Made by a program: the position numbers and the translations under genes
In this document: piece after piece, positions 21,785 through 31,895 of the stretch
Position numbering within the stretch: position 1 is the first letter of the stretch
Layout of the letters: every line of letters starts with the position of its first letter
Notes under the pieces: generated by a model
The model's database searches: none
What the model saw: only the letters and a program-made list of their open reading frames with translations
Told to the model about the DNA's origin: nothing
Origin: Candidatus Hodarchaeota archaeon
GTDB taxonomy: Archaea > Asgardarchaeota > Lokiarchaeia > Sigyniarchaeales > SOKP01
Assembly (NCBI GenBank): GCA_048886685.1
Contig: JBHLKM010000003.1
Location: 96,001 to 160,000 of the forward strand
Length of the DNA: 64,000 bases
Direction: 5' to 3'

Positions 21785-22783
21785 TTAAATTCCATCCAAC
21801 TCGGCAGGAATATATCCAAAGGTAATAAAAAATCTCTTTTTTACTTGCTCTAAATTAAAAACTTGTGTTTGTGCCCCTGTAGTTTCAACCACAAATGAGC
21901 CAATAATAGCTCCTAGTCGACATGAATCTAATAGAGTCATATTTAATATTAAACCAGTTAATATTCCAGCACGATATCCATCTCCTGCCCCAGTAGTGTC
22001 TTTAATTTCTTTAGGAGTAGCAATTGGGATATTAATCTCAAATATTTTATTACCATCATCCTTATAGATCAATTCAGATCCTTCAGATCCTTTAGTTATA
22101 ATTATTGCCTTAACATGTTCAAGTATCTGTTCCTCATCCAACTCAGATTTTTCTTTTATTTGATTAATTTCATAATTATTTCCAATTAAAATTTCTGATT
22201 TATTGAGAATCTCTATTAAGCTTCCTTTTCGGAATAGTGGAGTTACTTGACCAGGATCAAATATTGTAGGAATTTTTAAATCATATAATTGGATAGAAAA
22301 ATTTGTCATAGCTTCAATACTCTGTGTTGAATTTATTGCATAAATATATTCTTCTGGATTTGATATCTTTTCTCTTAAATCAATCTCCTTACACTTATCT
22401 AAAGCACCACCATGGAAAATGATCATTTGATTAGATTTTATATCGTTAACTATATAACACGCAGCTGTGAAAAGATTTTCATGTTCATCAATTAATAATT
22501 CTATATTGTTAAACCTTTTTATATGATCCTTATATCCTAATCTTTCAAAATCATTTCCAACTGAACCAAATAAAGAAACATTCGCAATATTTAAGATTCC
22601 TAGATTATATGCAATATTCCCTGCTGTTCCACCAAAATATTGATGACGAGTGTCTGCTGTAACAGTGCTTTGATATTCTTCCTTATCATGGTCAATCGAT
22701 ACTGCATTAATAAAATTTTCTTTAAACCCCATTATATAATCAAAAGCTAGTGATCCAAGAACAAGAACTTTGGTTTTTTGCAT
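21785..22783 (-). CDS. PfkB-family nucleoside/carbohydrate kinase
   Basis: GSLAFD, GGTAGNIAY, FDPGQ, DTTGAGDGYRAG; lies between apt and MTAP. Confidence 0.88.
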   Translation of the reverse strand: MQKTKVLVLGSLAFDYIMGFKENFINAVSIDHDKEEYQSTVTADTRHQYFGGTAGNIAYNLGILNIANVSLFGSVGNDFERLGYKDHIKRFNNIELLIDEHENLFTAACYIVNDIKSNQMIIFHGGALDKCKEIDLREKISNPEEYIYAINSTQSIEAMTNFSIQLYDLKIPTIFDPGQVTPLFRKGSLIEILNKSEILIGNNYEINQIKEKSELDEEQILEHVKAIIITKGSEGSELIYKDDGNKIFEINIPIATPKEIKDTTGAGDGYRAGILTGLILNMTLLDSCRLGAIIGSFVVETTGAQTQVFNLEQVKKRFFITFGYIPAELDGI

Positions 22784-22949
22784 GAGATTCTAAATTAAAA
22801 TTATGAAATAAATTCTATAATAATCTTTTCAATATTAAACCTTAATAGGTATAGCTATTCTGTTAAACTTTTTCATTAACTACTTGGGTTAAATATAATT
22901 TATTAAATTTCAAATATTATAATTTAAAAAACTTCAAAAGGGAAAAAAA

Positions 22950-23705
22950 ATGGGACAACAAAAAATTGGTATAATTGGTGGTTCTGGATTGGATGATCCG
23001 GACATTTTAAAGGATGCTAAAGATATAAATGTCGATACATTATATGGAAAACCTTCCTCACCTCTAAAAATTGGAAAAATTCATGATGTTGATGTAGTTC
23101 TTATAGCAAGACATGGAAGAGAGCATACTATTCCACCAACGCAAATAAATTATAGAGCTAACATACAAGCTTTAAAAGATCAGGGTTGTACTCATATATT
23201 AGCAACGACAGCTTGTGGGAGCTTGAGAGAAGAAATAGGGCGAGGTGATTTTGTCATTCTTGATCAGTTTATTGATTTCACTAGGCTGAGAAAAGTATCT
23301 TTTTTTGAAGAGTTTGCTCCCGGGGATATGAAACACACTCCAATGGCTCATCCTTATTCAGAAGAGTTAAGAAACATCCTTATTGAAACAGCAAAGGAGC
23401 TTAATCTTAAATATCATGAAAAAGGGACTGTGGTTACTATAGAAGGACCAAGATTCTCAACAAGGGCTGAATCAGAAATGTTTAGGATATGGGGGGCAGA
23501 TGTGATTAACATGAGTATCGCTTCTGAAACAATTTTGGCTAATGAAGCAGGTATCCCGTATGCCGCTGTAGCTATGTCAACAGATTATGATTGCTGGAAA
23601 GATGACGAAGTTCCAGTTACATGGGAAGAGATCTTGGATATTTTTGGGAAAAACGTTGATAATGTTATTGCTCTACTAACTAATAGTATAAAAAAGATAA
23701 GTTAA
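22950..23705 (+). CDS. mtnP: S-methyl-5'-thioadenosine phosphorylase
   Basis: IGIIGGSG, TLYGKPS, RHG..HTIPP..INYRANI, IEGPRFSTRAES, STDYDCW. Confidence 0.93.
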   Translation: MGQQKIGIIGGSGLDDPDILKDAKDINVDTLYGKPSSPLKIGKIHDVDVVLIARHGREHTIPPTQINYRANIQALKDQGCTHILATTACGSLREEIGRGDFVILDQFIDFTRLRKVSFFEEFAPGDMKHTPMAHPYSEELRNILIETAKELNLKYHEKGTVVTIEGPRFSTRAESEMFRIWGADVINMSIASETILANEAGIPYAAVAMSTDYDCWKDDEVPVTWEEILDIFGKNVDNVIALLTNSIKKIS

Positions 23706-23874
23706 TTTTTTGGTTTCTTGATTATTACTTTTTTTTATAATCTTTAGAATAAAAAGAATTGATAATTACAGAAATCCAAATCTTCTTGAATTTAATAAAA
23801 TTATTATTTTTTTACATATTAATTTTATATAAAAAATGTTTTCACGCTTATAAAATTCTTAGGGACTTTCAAAA

Positions 23875-25179
23875 ATGGTGAGTATTTCTTTTCTCGGAGG
23901 TTGTAGGGAAATTGGGAGAAGCGCTGTATTAGTGGAATCTAAAAGCGGTATTAAGTGCATGTTAGATTATGGGATTCGATTCCGAGGAGAAGAAAGACTT
24001 CCTATGAGTACCAACATCGAAAATCTAAAAGCAATCGCTTTAACTCATAGTCACATTGATCATTCTGGAGGATTACCTTTATTATATAAAACGGAGAAGG
24101 TACCATTCTTTACAAATTCCATTTCTCTTGCATTAACTGAAATTTTAGTAAAAGATATGATAAAAATATCAAATTATCCATATCCCTTTGGATATAGAGA
24201 ATTAGACTTATTAAAACAAAATTCATTTTTCCTTAAAAACGGGACAAGACAAAAAATAGCTGATGATTTCTTTATTACATTCATCGATGCAGGCCATATT
24301 CCGGGGAGTGTATCTATTTTGCTCGAAGTAGATCATAAAACTATTTTGTATTCTGGTGATATTAACACACAGAATACTAATTTAATTCGTTCCGCAAGCT
24401 ATTTGGATATCCCTAAGATAGATACATTAATTATTGAATCTACTTATGCTCTCCGAGAACATCCTCCAAGAGAGCAACTTGAGAAAGAATTTATAGAGAA
24501 AATACAGAATATTACCAATAATGGTGGAACAGTACTAATTCCCGCTTTCGGTGTAGCTCGTTCACAAGAAGCTCTACTTATTTTGGAGAAATATAACTAT
24601 AATGGAAAAATCTTCATCGACGGCTTGGCAAGAAAAATATCAAAATTATGTTTAGATTATCCAGATTATATCAAAAACATTAAAGTATTTAGGAATGCTT
24701 TGAAAAAAGCACATTTTGTATCGAAACCAAAAACTAGGGCACGTATAAAAAAATCTAGTGGAGTTATAATTTCTCCATCTGGTATGTTGAAGGGGGGGGC
24801 TGCAATAGATTATATTCAATCAATATTGTTGGATCCTTTATCAGCAATTTATCTTGTAGGTTATCAAGTGGAAGGAACACCTGGTAGAAATTTATTAGAT
24901 GAGGGAATTTTCGAGTTAAAAGAATCTCGAAAAAATAAACCTAATTTTAATCTAAAAATTGAAGCTCAATGCGATTACGATTATTTCGACTTTTCAAGTC
25001 ATTCTGATAGTATTCATATTCATGATTACATTGAAAACCTGACATTCAAAAAAAATACTAATAGTGATATTTTCTGTATTCATGGGGATAATAAATCAAC
25101 AACCAGCCTAGCTAGCGAATTAGTGAACAAAAATTATAACTCAGTTGCTCCTGAAATAGGAGAGATTTATCAAGTTTAG
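23875..25179 (+). CDS. MBL-fold beta-CASP ribonuclease
   Basis: LGGCREIGRS, THSHIDHSG, AGHIPG, SGD, ESTY, GYQ.EGTPG, FSSHSD, IHGD. Confidence 0.9.
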   Translation: MVSISFLGGCREIGRSAVLVESKSGIKCMLDYGIRFRGEERLPMSTNIENLKAIALTHSHIDHSGGLPLLYKTEKVPFFTNSISLALTEILVKDMIKISNYPYPFGYRELDLLKQNSFFLKNGTRQKIADDFFITFIDAGHIPGSVSILLEVDHKTILYSGDINTQNTNLIRSASYLDIPKIDTLIIESTYALREHPPREQLEKEFIEKIQNITNNGGTVLIPAFGVARSQEALLILEKYNYNGKIFIDGLARKISKLCLDYPDYIKNIKVFRNALKKAHFVSKPKTRARIKKSSGVIISPSGMLKGGAAIDYIQSILLDPLSAIYLVGYQVEGTPGRNLLDEGIFELKESRKNKPNFNLKIEAQCDYDYFDFSSHSDSIHIHDYIENLTFKKNTNSDIFCIHGDNKSTTSLASELVNKNYNSVAPEIGEIYQV

Positions 25180-25190
25180 ACATAGGGTTT

Positions 25191-26723
25191 TCAAAATGTA
25201 ATCCTATTTTTTCTTAATTGATTTCGAACTGCTATATTACACTTTTCCAGAAATAATTCAACTTTCTCAATAGGGATTTTTGTTCCCGCTGCTGGTGGAT
25301 GTCCTCCTCCTAATACATCTAAATTTGATTGTTTACATGCATCTCTAATCGCTTCTGAGAGATTTATACCTTGATTTACAATCACTTCATCTGCTCTTCC
25401 TGAAACTTTATATACATCCTCATCAGTTCTCTTCGCTAATCCAAATATTGGTTTTGATTTATCTATACCTTTAATATTTTCGTAGATTAACATTGAAGTA
25501 ATCGTTCCTATAATACTTTCAGGAATTACATCCTCCCCAAAAAAATATTGAATCGAGTCTTTTTCTTGAATTTTTTCATTTTCTTGAATCCAAGAAAGGC
25601 TCTCAACCAAAGACTTTCTGTAATTTTTTAAAACTTCCTTAGATCGCTGGTAAACTTCCTTTCTATTTCCCATTGCAATGGCTATCCCTAACGATGAATT
25701 ATGAGTTCGACCACATGCATTTAGTAGATTGGAAAATTCTTTAGCATCATGAAGTTCTGAGCCAACGGGTTCCTTTTTTAATATATATCGATTCACAATT
25801 AATTTTTTAATTATTTTTTTAGGTTCTAAATCTAGTTTAAGTGATGCATATTCAATAATAGCTGACGAAATTTTTTGTTTCTCATCTTGGTTTAATTCAT
25901 TCAACGTTTTTACATTACCTTCAGAATTTTCCATTAAAATTCCTTGAGTTTTCAAGAAAATCAAAGATCTATTTGCATCCTTCGATAATCCAGGTAAAAA
26001 AATTTCTGTTGAATAAGCAATTGCTTCATTTAAAGGTTTTAGACTAGGAAAATTTAAATCATTTACAACTTCGATTAATTCTAAATTCATCGCATCTTCT
26101 AAAATTAACTTGTTTAGTCCTATAAAAGATTTGTTTAATCCCTGATTTTGAATATCCCCAATTGCCCCAACAATAGCGATTGGTGATAAGTCTGAATTTT
26201 CTTGATTCAAACATTTCGCGAAATAATAGCATAATCCAGCACCAGAAATTTGATTACTACCGTCAATGTCATAAAAATAAGGATTAATGTGCCATTTTTT
26301 TGTTTTTTCATAAATTTCTTCAATTTTTTTAATTTCTTCTTTATTGGAAACATTCTGGGGTATGTGATGATCCAGAATTAGAAAAGAATTAAAATCTGCT
26401 TCATGAATTAATTTTGATTGTATTTCTAAATACTGTCCACTTCCAAAATCAGAAAAGATTAAAAAATTCTTAAATTCTTGAACTTTTTTTAATATCTTCT
26501 CAATTTCTTTTTTTTCTAATTGTCTCAGTACAGTAATTTGAAATGGTATTTCTTCTCGATATAAAGCTTTGCCGAGAATTGCACCCGAGCTTAATCCATC
26601 TGCATCCAGATGGGTATATATATGAACAGGAGTGTTCATTGTATTGATACACTTCAGTAAGTTATTCTTTACAACCTCAAGATTGATAAGCAATTTAGCT
26701 AATTTTTCTTTATCTTTGTCCAT
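25191..26723 (-). CDS. RecJ/Cdc45-like DHH nuclease (GAN-like)
   Basis: HLDADG, SDFGSG, LDHH, ISGAG, GAIGD, LNACGR, GGGHPPAAG. Confidence 0.9.
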   Translation of the reverse strand: MDKDKEKLAKLLINLEVVKNNLLKCINTMNTPVHIYTHLDADGLSSGAILGKALYREEIPFQITVLRQLEKKEIEKILKKVQEFKNFLIFSDFGSGQYLEIQSKLIHEADFNSFLILDHHIPQNVSNKEEIKKIEEIYEKTKKWHINPYFYDIDGSNQISGAGLCYYFAKCLNQENSDLSPIAIVGAIGDIQNQGLNKSFIGLNKLILEDAMNLELIEVVNDLNFPSLKPLNEAIAYSTEIFLPGLSKDANRSLIFLKTQGILMENSEGNVKTLNELNQDEKQKISSAIIEYASLKLDLEPKKIIKKLIVNRYILKKEPVGSELHDAKEFSNLLNACGRTHNSSLGIAIAMGNRKEVYQRSKEVLKNYRKSLVESLSWIQENEKIQEKDSIQYFFGEDVIPESIIGTITSMLIYENIKGIDKSKPIFGLAKRTDEDVYKVSGRADEVIVNQGINLSEAIRDACKQSNLDVLGGGHPPAAGTKIPIEKVELFLEKCNIAVRNQLRKNRITF

Positions 26724-26827
26724 TTTAGATAATCATAAATTCAAAATTGAAACTATAATATAATAAGATATCAAAATTATAATAAATACCTCATTTAAAA
26801 AAAGTAAATTTACTAAAGTGAAAATAA

Positions 26828-27823
26828 ATGCATCATGTAAAAATAAATGAACTAGCAGAAAAAATTGTAGAGAAAATAATCAGTAGTAAAGAAATCTATA
26901 AAGTCAATATAAATAAATTATCTAATAATTCTACTATTTTAGATATGACAAATGCTTCATGGAAAGGAGGCAAATTGGTAGGAGAAATATGTATGGGTGG
27001 TTTGGGATATGTAAAATTTTCACACTATAATTTAGATGGACATTTCATACCAAGTGTCATTGTTCATACTTCAGAACCGTTACTATCATGCATGGCTTCT
27101 CAATTAGCAGGTTGGAACGTAAAATTAAAGAAAGAAGTAGAAAAAAATGGGCAGATGAAAAAGAAAGTGGTTTTCCAATCATTAGGTTCAGGGCCTGCTC
27201 GAGCTAAAAGCAAACTCGAAAAGATATTTGATGAAATTGATTACACAGATATATCTGATTGTGCTGTGATTGTTTTTGAAACACCTAAACTACCAAATGA
27301 AGAAGTTATGAATATAGTCGCCGAAAAATGTGGTGTTGATACAAGCAAAACTTATGCCGTTTGCGCTCCAACGGCTTGTTTAACAGGATCTATTCAAGTA
27401 GCGGCAAGAATTGTTGAGACAGGTATTCACAAATTGCATGAAATTAATTTCCCAATTGAATTAATCAAAGATGGATATGGAACAACAACGATTGCTCCAA
27501 TTGCGAAAGATGATTTAGGAGCAATGGGGCGCACTAATGATTCTATAAGCGCAGGTGGTATGACGTACTATACTATCGACATTGAGAAAGAAAAAGAAGA
27601 AGAACTATTTGAACTTATTAGAAAAGGTCCTGCGAACACATCCTCCAGTTATGGAAAACCATTTATAGAAACTTTTAAAGCAGTAAATTATAACTTTTAC
27701 GACATCGATCCTGGATTATTCGCTCCAGCAACATACACTTTAACAAACGTTAGAACAGGAAAAAGTTTAAGTGTTGGAAAAGTAAATCATGAACTTTTAA
27801 AACAATCTTATGGATTAAACTAG
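26828..27823 (+). CDS. mch: Methenyl-H4MPT cyclohydrolase
   Basis: ICMGGLG, CMASQLAGW, GSGPARA, APTACLTGSIQVAARIVETG.HK, AMGRTND, FYDIDPGLFAPA. Confidence 0.96.
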   Translation: MHHVKINELAEKIVEKIISSKEIYKVNINKLSNNSTILDMTNASWKGGKLVGEICMGGLGYVKFSHYNLDGHFIPSVIVHTSEPLLSCMASQLAGWNVKLKKEVEKNGQMKKKVVFQSLGSGPARAKSKLEKIFDEIDYTDISDCAVIVFETPKLPNEEVMNIVAEKCGVDTSKTYAVCAPTACLTGSIQVAARIVETGIHKLHEINFPIELIKDGYGTTTIAPIAKDDLGAMGRTNDSISAGGMTYYTIDIEKEKEEELFELIRKGPANTSSSYGKPFIETFKAVNYNFYDIDPGLFAPATYTLTNVRTGKSLSVGKVNHELLKQSYGLN

Positions 27824-27879
27824 TTGAAAATAAAAAAATTCTATAACTATTTATTTTTTTAAATTTATAAAAAGAGAAG

Positions 27880-28950
27880 CTAAATATTAGTTAATTCTTC
27901 TTGATACTTTAAAATTTCATTTACAGAAATGTCTCTATCGAAATTTATTTTCTTATGTATCCCTAAGTATGCACATGCAAGGTTAGCAGCAGCAGCAATT
28001 TCAGCTTTTTTAAGAGTTTTGGAATATTCATCCTGCGTGAGTTGTTCTTCTTGGTAAGTACTTTCTTGATGCTGACGTTCTTTAAAGTTAGTAGCTCTTT
28101 CACTTTTCATATGATACAACAAAGATGCCATTTTATCAGCCACCTTAAAAGGTAACTGGTTCCTAACAATTAAACGAATTATATTGTTTACGTCAAAATA
28201 ATTCAAGGTTTCATATTTAGCACGCAGGAAACTTTTAAGATTTTCAGAATCTTTTTCACATTCTATTTCTGTCCAATCATGGATAGCTAGTTTTCTTCTA
28301 AAAAATATCAGTTCCCAATCAATTCCCAGTTCTTTTAGAAATTCAAGTAGTTTTAAATCATTAGCTTTTCTTGATTCAATAATTATATAAAGTTGAAGAC
28401 CATAATATTTATGTTCTTGTTGAAGAAAAAAGCCTCTTTGTTGCATAGATGCAAGAATTAATAGCTTTATTGAGAGGACATTTTCGGAAACATTCTTTTT
28501 GCTACAATTTAGGTAGATTACATTTCCCTCTTCACTCACATATTCACAATCTAAAAATCCTAAAATGCTTTCTTTATTTTCCTTAATAAATTTGTTTAGT
28601 CCATTTAAAGTAGGTTTTACGTCAAAACGTATTAAATCCTCTTGACCTATAGTAACATAATCGTTATAATTGCTACCAACTGCAAGTTTAATCGCGTTTA
28701 ATTTAAATTCTTTATCAATTCCAAATACTTTCTGAAAAGCTTCATTTATAGGAAAAACTTCATCTTCGAGAATCTTAACATCTGCCATAGAACTCTCATA
28801 TGGTTCCTGTTCATTTAACATTTTGTTTAATATAGGTGCTTCTGAAGCCTCTACTTCAATTTCATATGATTTTGCTAAGTCTCTTCTAATAATGCAGACA
28901 GATCTCTTTTTTTTATTAAAAATTGAAAGCGAATTATTATTATCAATCAC
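27880..28950 (-). CDS. Hypothetical soluble protein (frame stays open upstream to ATT at 29013)
   Basis: 356-aa ORF with typical coding composition; no recognised motif. Confidence 0.75.
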   Translation of the reverse strand: MIDNNNSLSIFNKKKRSVCIIRRDLAKSYEIEVEASEAPILNKMLNEQEPYESSMADVKILEDEVFPINEAFQKVFGIDKEFKLNAIKLAVGSNYNDYVTIGQEDLIRFDVKPTLNGLNKFIKENKESILGFLDCEYVSEEGNVIYLNCSKKNVSENVLSIKLLILASMQQRGFFLQQEHKYYGLQLYIIIESRKANDLKLLEFLKELGIDWELIFFRRKLAIHDWTEIECEKDSENLKSFLRAKYETLNYFDVNNIIRLIVRNQLPFKVADKMASLLYHMKSERATNFKERQHQESTYQEEQLTQDEYSKTLKKAEIAAAANLACAYLGIHKKINFDRDISVNEILKYQEELTNI

Positions 28951-29199
28951 TGCTCGAAATTTCTCAGTGAATTTATCTTCTGCGTTCTCTGAACCTACTC
29001 TTCTTCTTCGAATTTTTAATCAACTAATTATTTTTGAAAATTGATCTTAGTTAATTTATTTATACAATTTTTATCTTAAATTCTTATCTAAAAGAAATTA
29101 TTAATCTTAAATTTATATTAAATTGAAAAAGGGACAGCCTTAAAATTAAATAATTTATGAATGGATACTATTATTTTATCATAACCCAAAATAAATGTA

Positions 29200-29379
29200 T
29201 TATTCTATCTCATCTTCTAAGAAATAATCGTTGTTTTTTTTTATATAAACAGTTGTAGAACCAAAATTATTACGAATAGTATATTTATCTCCTTGAACAT
29301 CTAATATTTCTATAGAATATGATAATTTCCTTTTATTTAAGATATCTTCGACTATTTTTTTCTCTTCTTTAGAATCCAT
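29200..29379 (-). CDS. Small hypothetical protein, 59 aa (below the ORF-track cutoff)
   Basis: ATG...TAA: MDSKEEKKIVEDILNKRKLSYSIEILDVQGDKYTIRNNFGSTTVYIKKNNDYFLEDEIE; fills an otherwise empty gap. Confidence 0.7.
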   Translation of the reverse strand: MDSKEEKKIVEDILNKRKLSYSIEILDVQGDKYTIRNNFGSTTVYIKKNNDYFLEDEIE

Positions 29380-29736
29380 ATTTTAGTTTTATATTTCAAA
29401 TCAAAAAAAATTTACTGTTTTTTCTAATATTTAGATAGTAAAATCATAGATAATAAGCTCTTCTTCTTACATTATTAAGATCTTATATAATCTTATTATA
29501 TTGTAAAGTATAAACTTAGAATAAGGTTTCGATTGAATTAAAAAAGCGGAATTTTATTTCCTAAATAAAAATTTGAGGTATTTCTAGCGATTTTTATCCC
29601 AATAGGTGCAATTCCATGATTTTATTAAAAATCGGAGTTTTTTTTAATAATCAGTTTAATAAATAAATGAGTATTTCATTAAAATATCTACATAGTAAAA
29701 TTATAAAGATAATCGATCTCTCGTCTCTGAAGTGAT

Positions 29737-30987
29737 ATGGTTCAACAGAAACTTGACATTGGATTCTTTACCAGTATGTATAGCCAAACTAATGGTACAG
29801 CCCATGCTGTGCGATTTCTATCCGAGGCAATCGCAAAACATACAAGTCATACAGTTCATGTTTATGCACCAGGAATTCAGAAACCGAAAAACATTCCAAA
29901 AAATCTTTATCTTCATAATTTCTTTGGTGCTAAAATAGCACCTAAAACGGGTTTTGTTCTAAGTTTTCCGATTCATAAATATTTTTTCTGCCAAAAAGAT
30001 TATTTAGATATTGCTCATATTCATACACATGCAACATTTGGCAGTATGGCAATAAATTGGGCAAAATATATCGGGATTCCAATGGTAGGAACTCATAATT
30101 CACCCCTTTCCTTTTACACATCGCAATATATACCTATAGTGGGAGGTCTTTTGTCTAAAATGGATTGGGTTTGGCGATATGAAAGACATATCTTAGATAA
30201 ATATGATCTTGTATCAGTACCAACAAAATCTAAGAAAGAGCTGCTTAGGAAGCAAAGATTTAAAGAACCTATTGTCTGCCTTTCCAATGGGATTCATGAT
30301 AGCTATTTCACAGATGTTAAAGAAAACGGTGTTCGGGATAAATATAACCTAGATAATAAAAAGATTCTCCTTTATGCTTCAAGACTTTCTCCTGAAAAAC
30401 ATCAATTAAGTATTATTAAAATATTTAAAAAAATACATAAAGAGGTACCCAATTCACAATTAGTACTTGTAGGCAGCGATGGACCATTAACTTCACATGT
30501 TCTAAAACTTATTAAAAAGAAGCATTATAAAGATTTTGTCTCGTATTTAGGTAGAGTCCCATTCAACGATCTATTGAAACTTTATAATACTGCTGATTTA
30601 TCTTGCCTATGGTCTTGGATAGAAGCAGAAGGGTTGGTACTTCTGGAAAGTATGGCTCAAGGAACACCATGTATAGGTTCTAACAGTATTGGAATTTCAG
30701 ATGTGATAAGGCACGGTCATACTGGATATTTAAGTCAAGATTTAAATGATTTTAAGGAGAGAATAATAAATCTATTTAAAGATGATGATCTTCGACTTGA
30801 AATGGGTAAAAATGCCAGAAAAGTTGCTGAAAATTATAGGATAAGCAATGTAGCAAAAACCTGGGTAGAATTATATAAGTTTTTAATTAATGAACTTTAC
30901 CCGCTTAGGTATTACAAAAAAGAGCGGAAAGAAAGGGTAACGTTGGTAAAGGAGTTTGTACATAAATTGCCAATAGTTAGTTTTTAA
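29737..30987 (+). CDS. GT4 (GT-B) glycosyltransferase, glycolipid-synthase-like
   Basis: YSQTNGT, HIHT, GTH, SRLSPEK, EAEGLVLLESMAQGTP. Confidence 0.88.
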   Translation: MVQQKLDIGFFTSMYSQTNGTAHAVRFLSEAIAKHTSHTVHVYAPGIQKPKNIPKNLYLHNFFGAKIAPKTGFVLSFPIHKYFFCQKDYLDIAHIHTHATFGSMAINWAKYIGIPMVGTHNSPLSFYTSQYIPIVGGLLSKMDWVWRYERHILDKYDLVSVPTKSKKELLRKQRFKEPIVCLSNGIHDSYFTDVKENGVRDKYNLDNKKILLYASRLSPEKHQLSIIKIFKKIHKEVPNSQLVLVGSDGPLTSHVLKLIKKKHYKDFVSYLGRVPFNDLLKLYNTADLSCLWSWIEAEGLVLLESMAQGTPCIGSNSIGISDVIRHGHTGYLSQDLNDFKERIINLFKDDDLRLEMGKNARKVAENYRISNVAKTWVELYKFLINELYPLRYYKKERKERVTLVKEFVHKLPIVSF

Positions 30988-31000
30988 GTTGAGACTTGTA

Positions 31001-31747
31001 TTAGAAATTGAAATTTTTTCTAATTTCACTTAATTTTATTTTACAGATATCACATAATTCATATGATTTCTTATCAATTTCATCAACGTCTTTAGAAAAC
31101 CTCATAACACATGAATTTTCCTCACAATGAGCAGATCCTATAAAAATATGTCCAATTTCATGAATTATTTCCTTAATAACTCTTTGTTCAAATAGTTCAC
31201 TATCTTTTCGTCTATCATAATATTGCTCTTTTAGTTTAAGAGTAGAGACTACGCTGCACCGATGTTTTAAATGAGTTTCTCCAAATAAAAATAGAATATT
31301 GTTGTCGCTACTGGAATAGATAGGAAGATCTGTGAGTGCAATTATCATCCCAAGTTTTTCCCTCGTTCTAATATTAATTAATGATTGATAAAATTTATTA
31401 GTGGGGTGAATATTTAATTTATGATTAATTCCTTTCATTTCTTTATACTCTTTTTTTACACCTTTAGAGAGAAGTTCTTTTGAAAAATAAAATTGCCCCA
31501 AATTTCTAACTTCAAAAAAGTAGGAATCATAAACCTGATTTAAGTAAAATTTGATCTTGTTAAATAAGTTAGGATCAAACTCGGCATAAAACAAAATTCC
31601 CAAATAACAAGGCAATATTAATCTTTGTAGTTCATCATCCACTAGTTCAAATTCTTCCGAATAAAAAATTCCAATTCTGGTGACAAGTTTTTTTAACTTC
31701 TCTTTGTATTTGCGTATTTTCTGCTCATATTTTTGAAATTTAGGCAT
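31001..31747 (-). CDS. Archaemetzincin-like Zn metalloprotease (M54)
   Basis: TDLPIY...FLFGE, VVST, KEIIHEIGH...HC...CVMRFS...D.K...LCDIC. Confidence 0.85.
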   Translation of the reverse strand: MPKFQKYEQKIRKYKEKLKKLVTRIGIFYSEEFELVDDELQRLILPCYLGILFYAEFDPNLFNKIKFYLNQVYDSYFFEVRNLGQFYFSKELLSKGVKKEYKEMKGINHKLNIHPTNKFYQSLINIRTREKLGMIIALTDLPIYSSSDNNILFLFGETHLKHRCSVVSTLKLKEQYYDRRKDSELFEQRVIKEIIHEIGHIFIGSAHCEENSCVMRFSKDVDEIDKKSYELCDICKIKLSEIRKNFNF

Positions 31748-31895
31748 TATCTATCAAAACAAAATTTTAGATTATCTAAAATAATCATTCTCTTAAAATA
31801 AAATTAGTTTAAAATCATTAATAATAGGTATTTAAATCATTAATTATATTATAAAATAAAATATTTCAATTTGGTTGAAAATTAAACGTAGGATT

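Noticed and set aside
29380-29730. Possible ncRNA or tRNA in the long intergenic gap
   Set aside because: No cloverleaf, GC-rich stem or box C/D pair could be supported.
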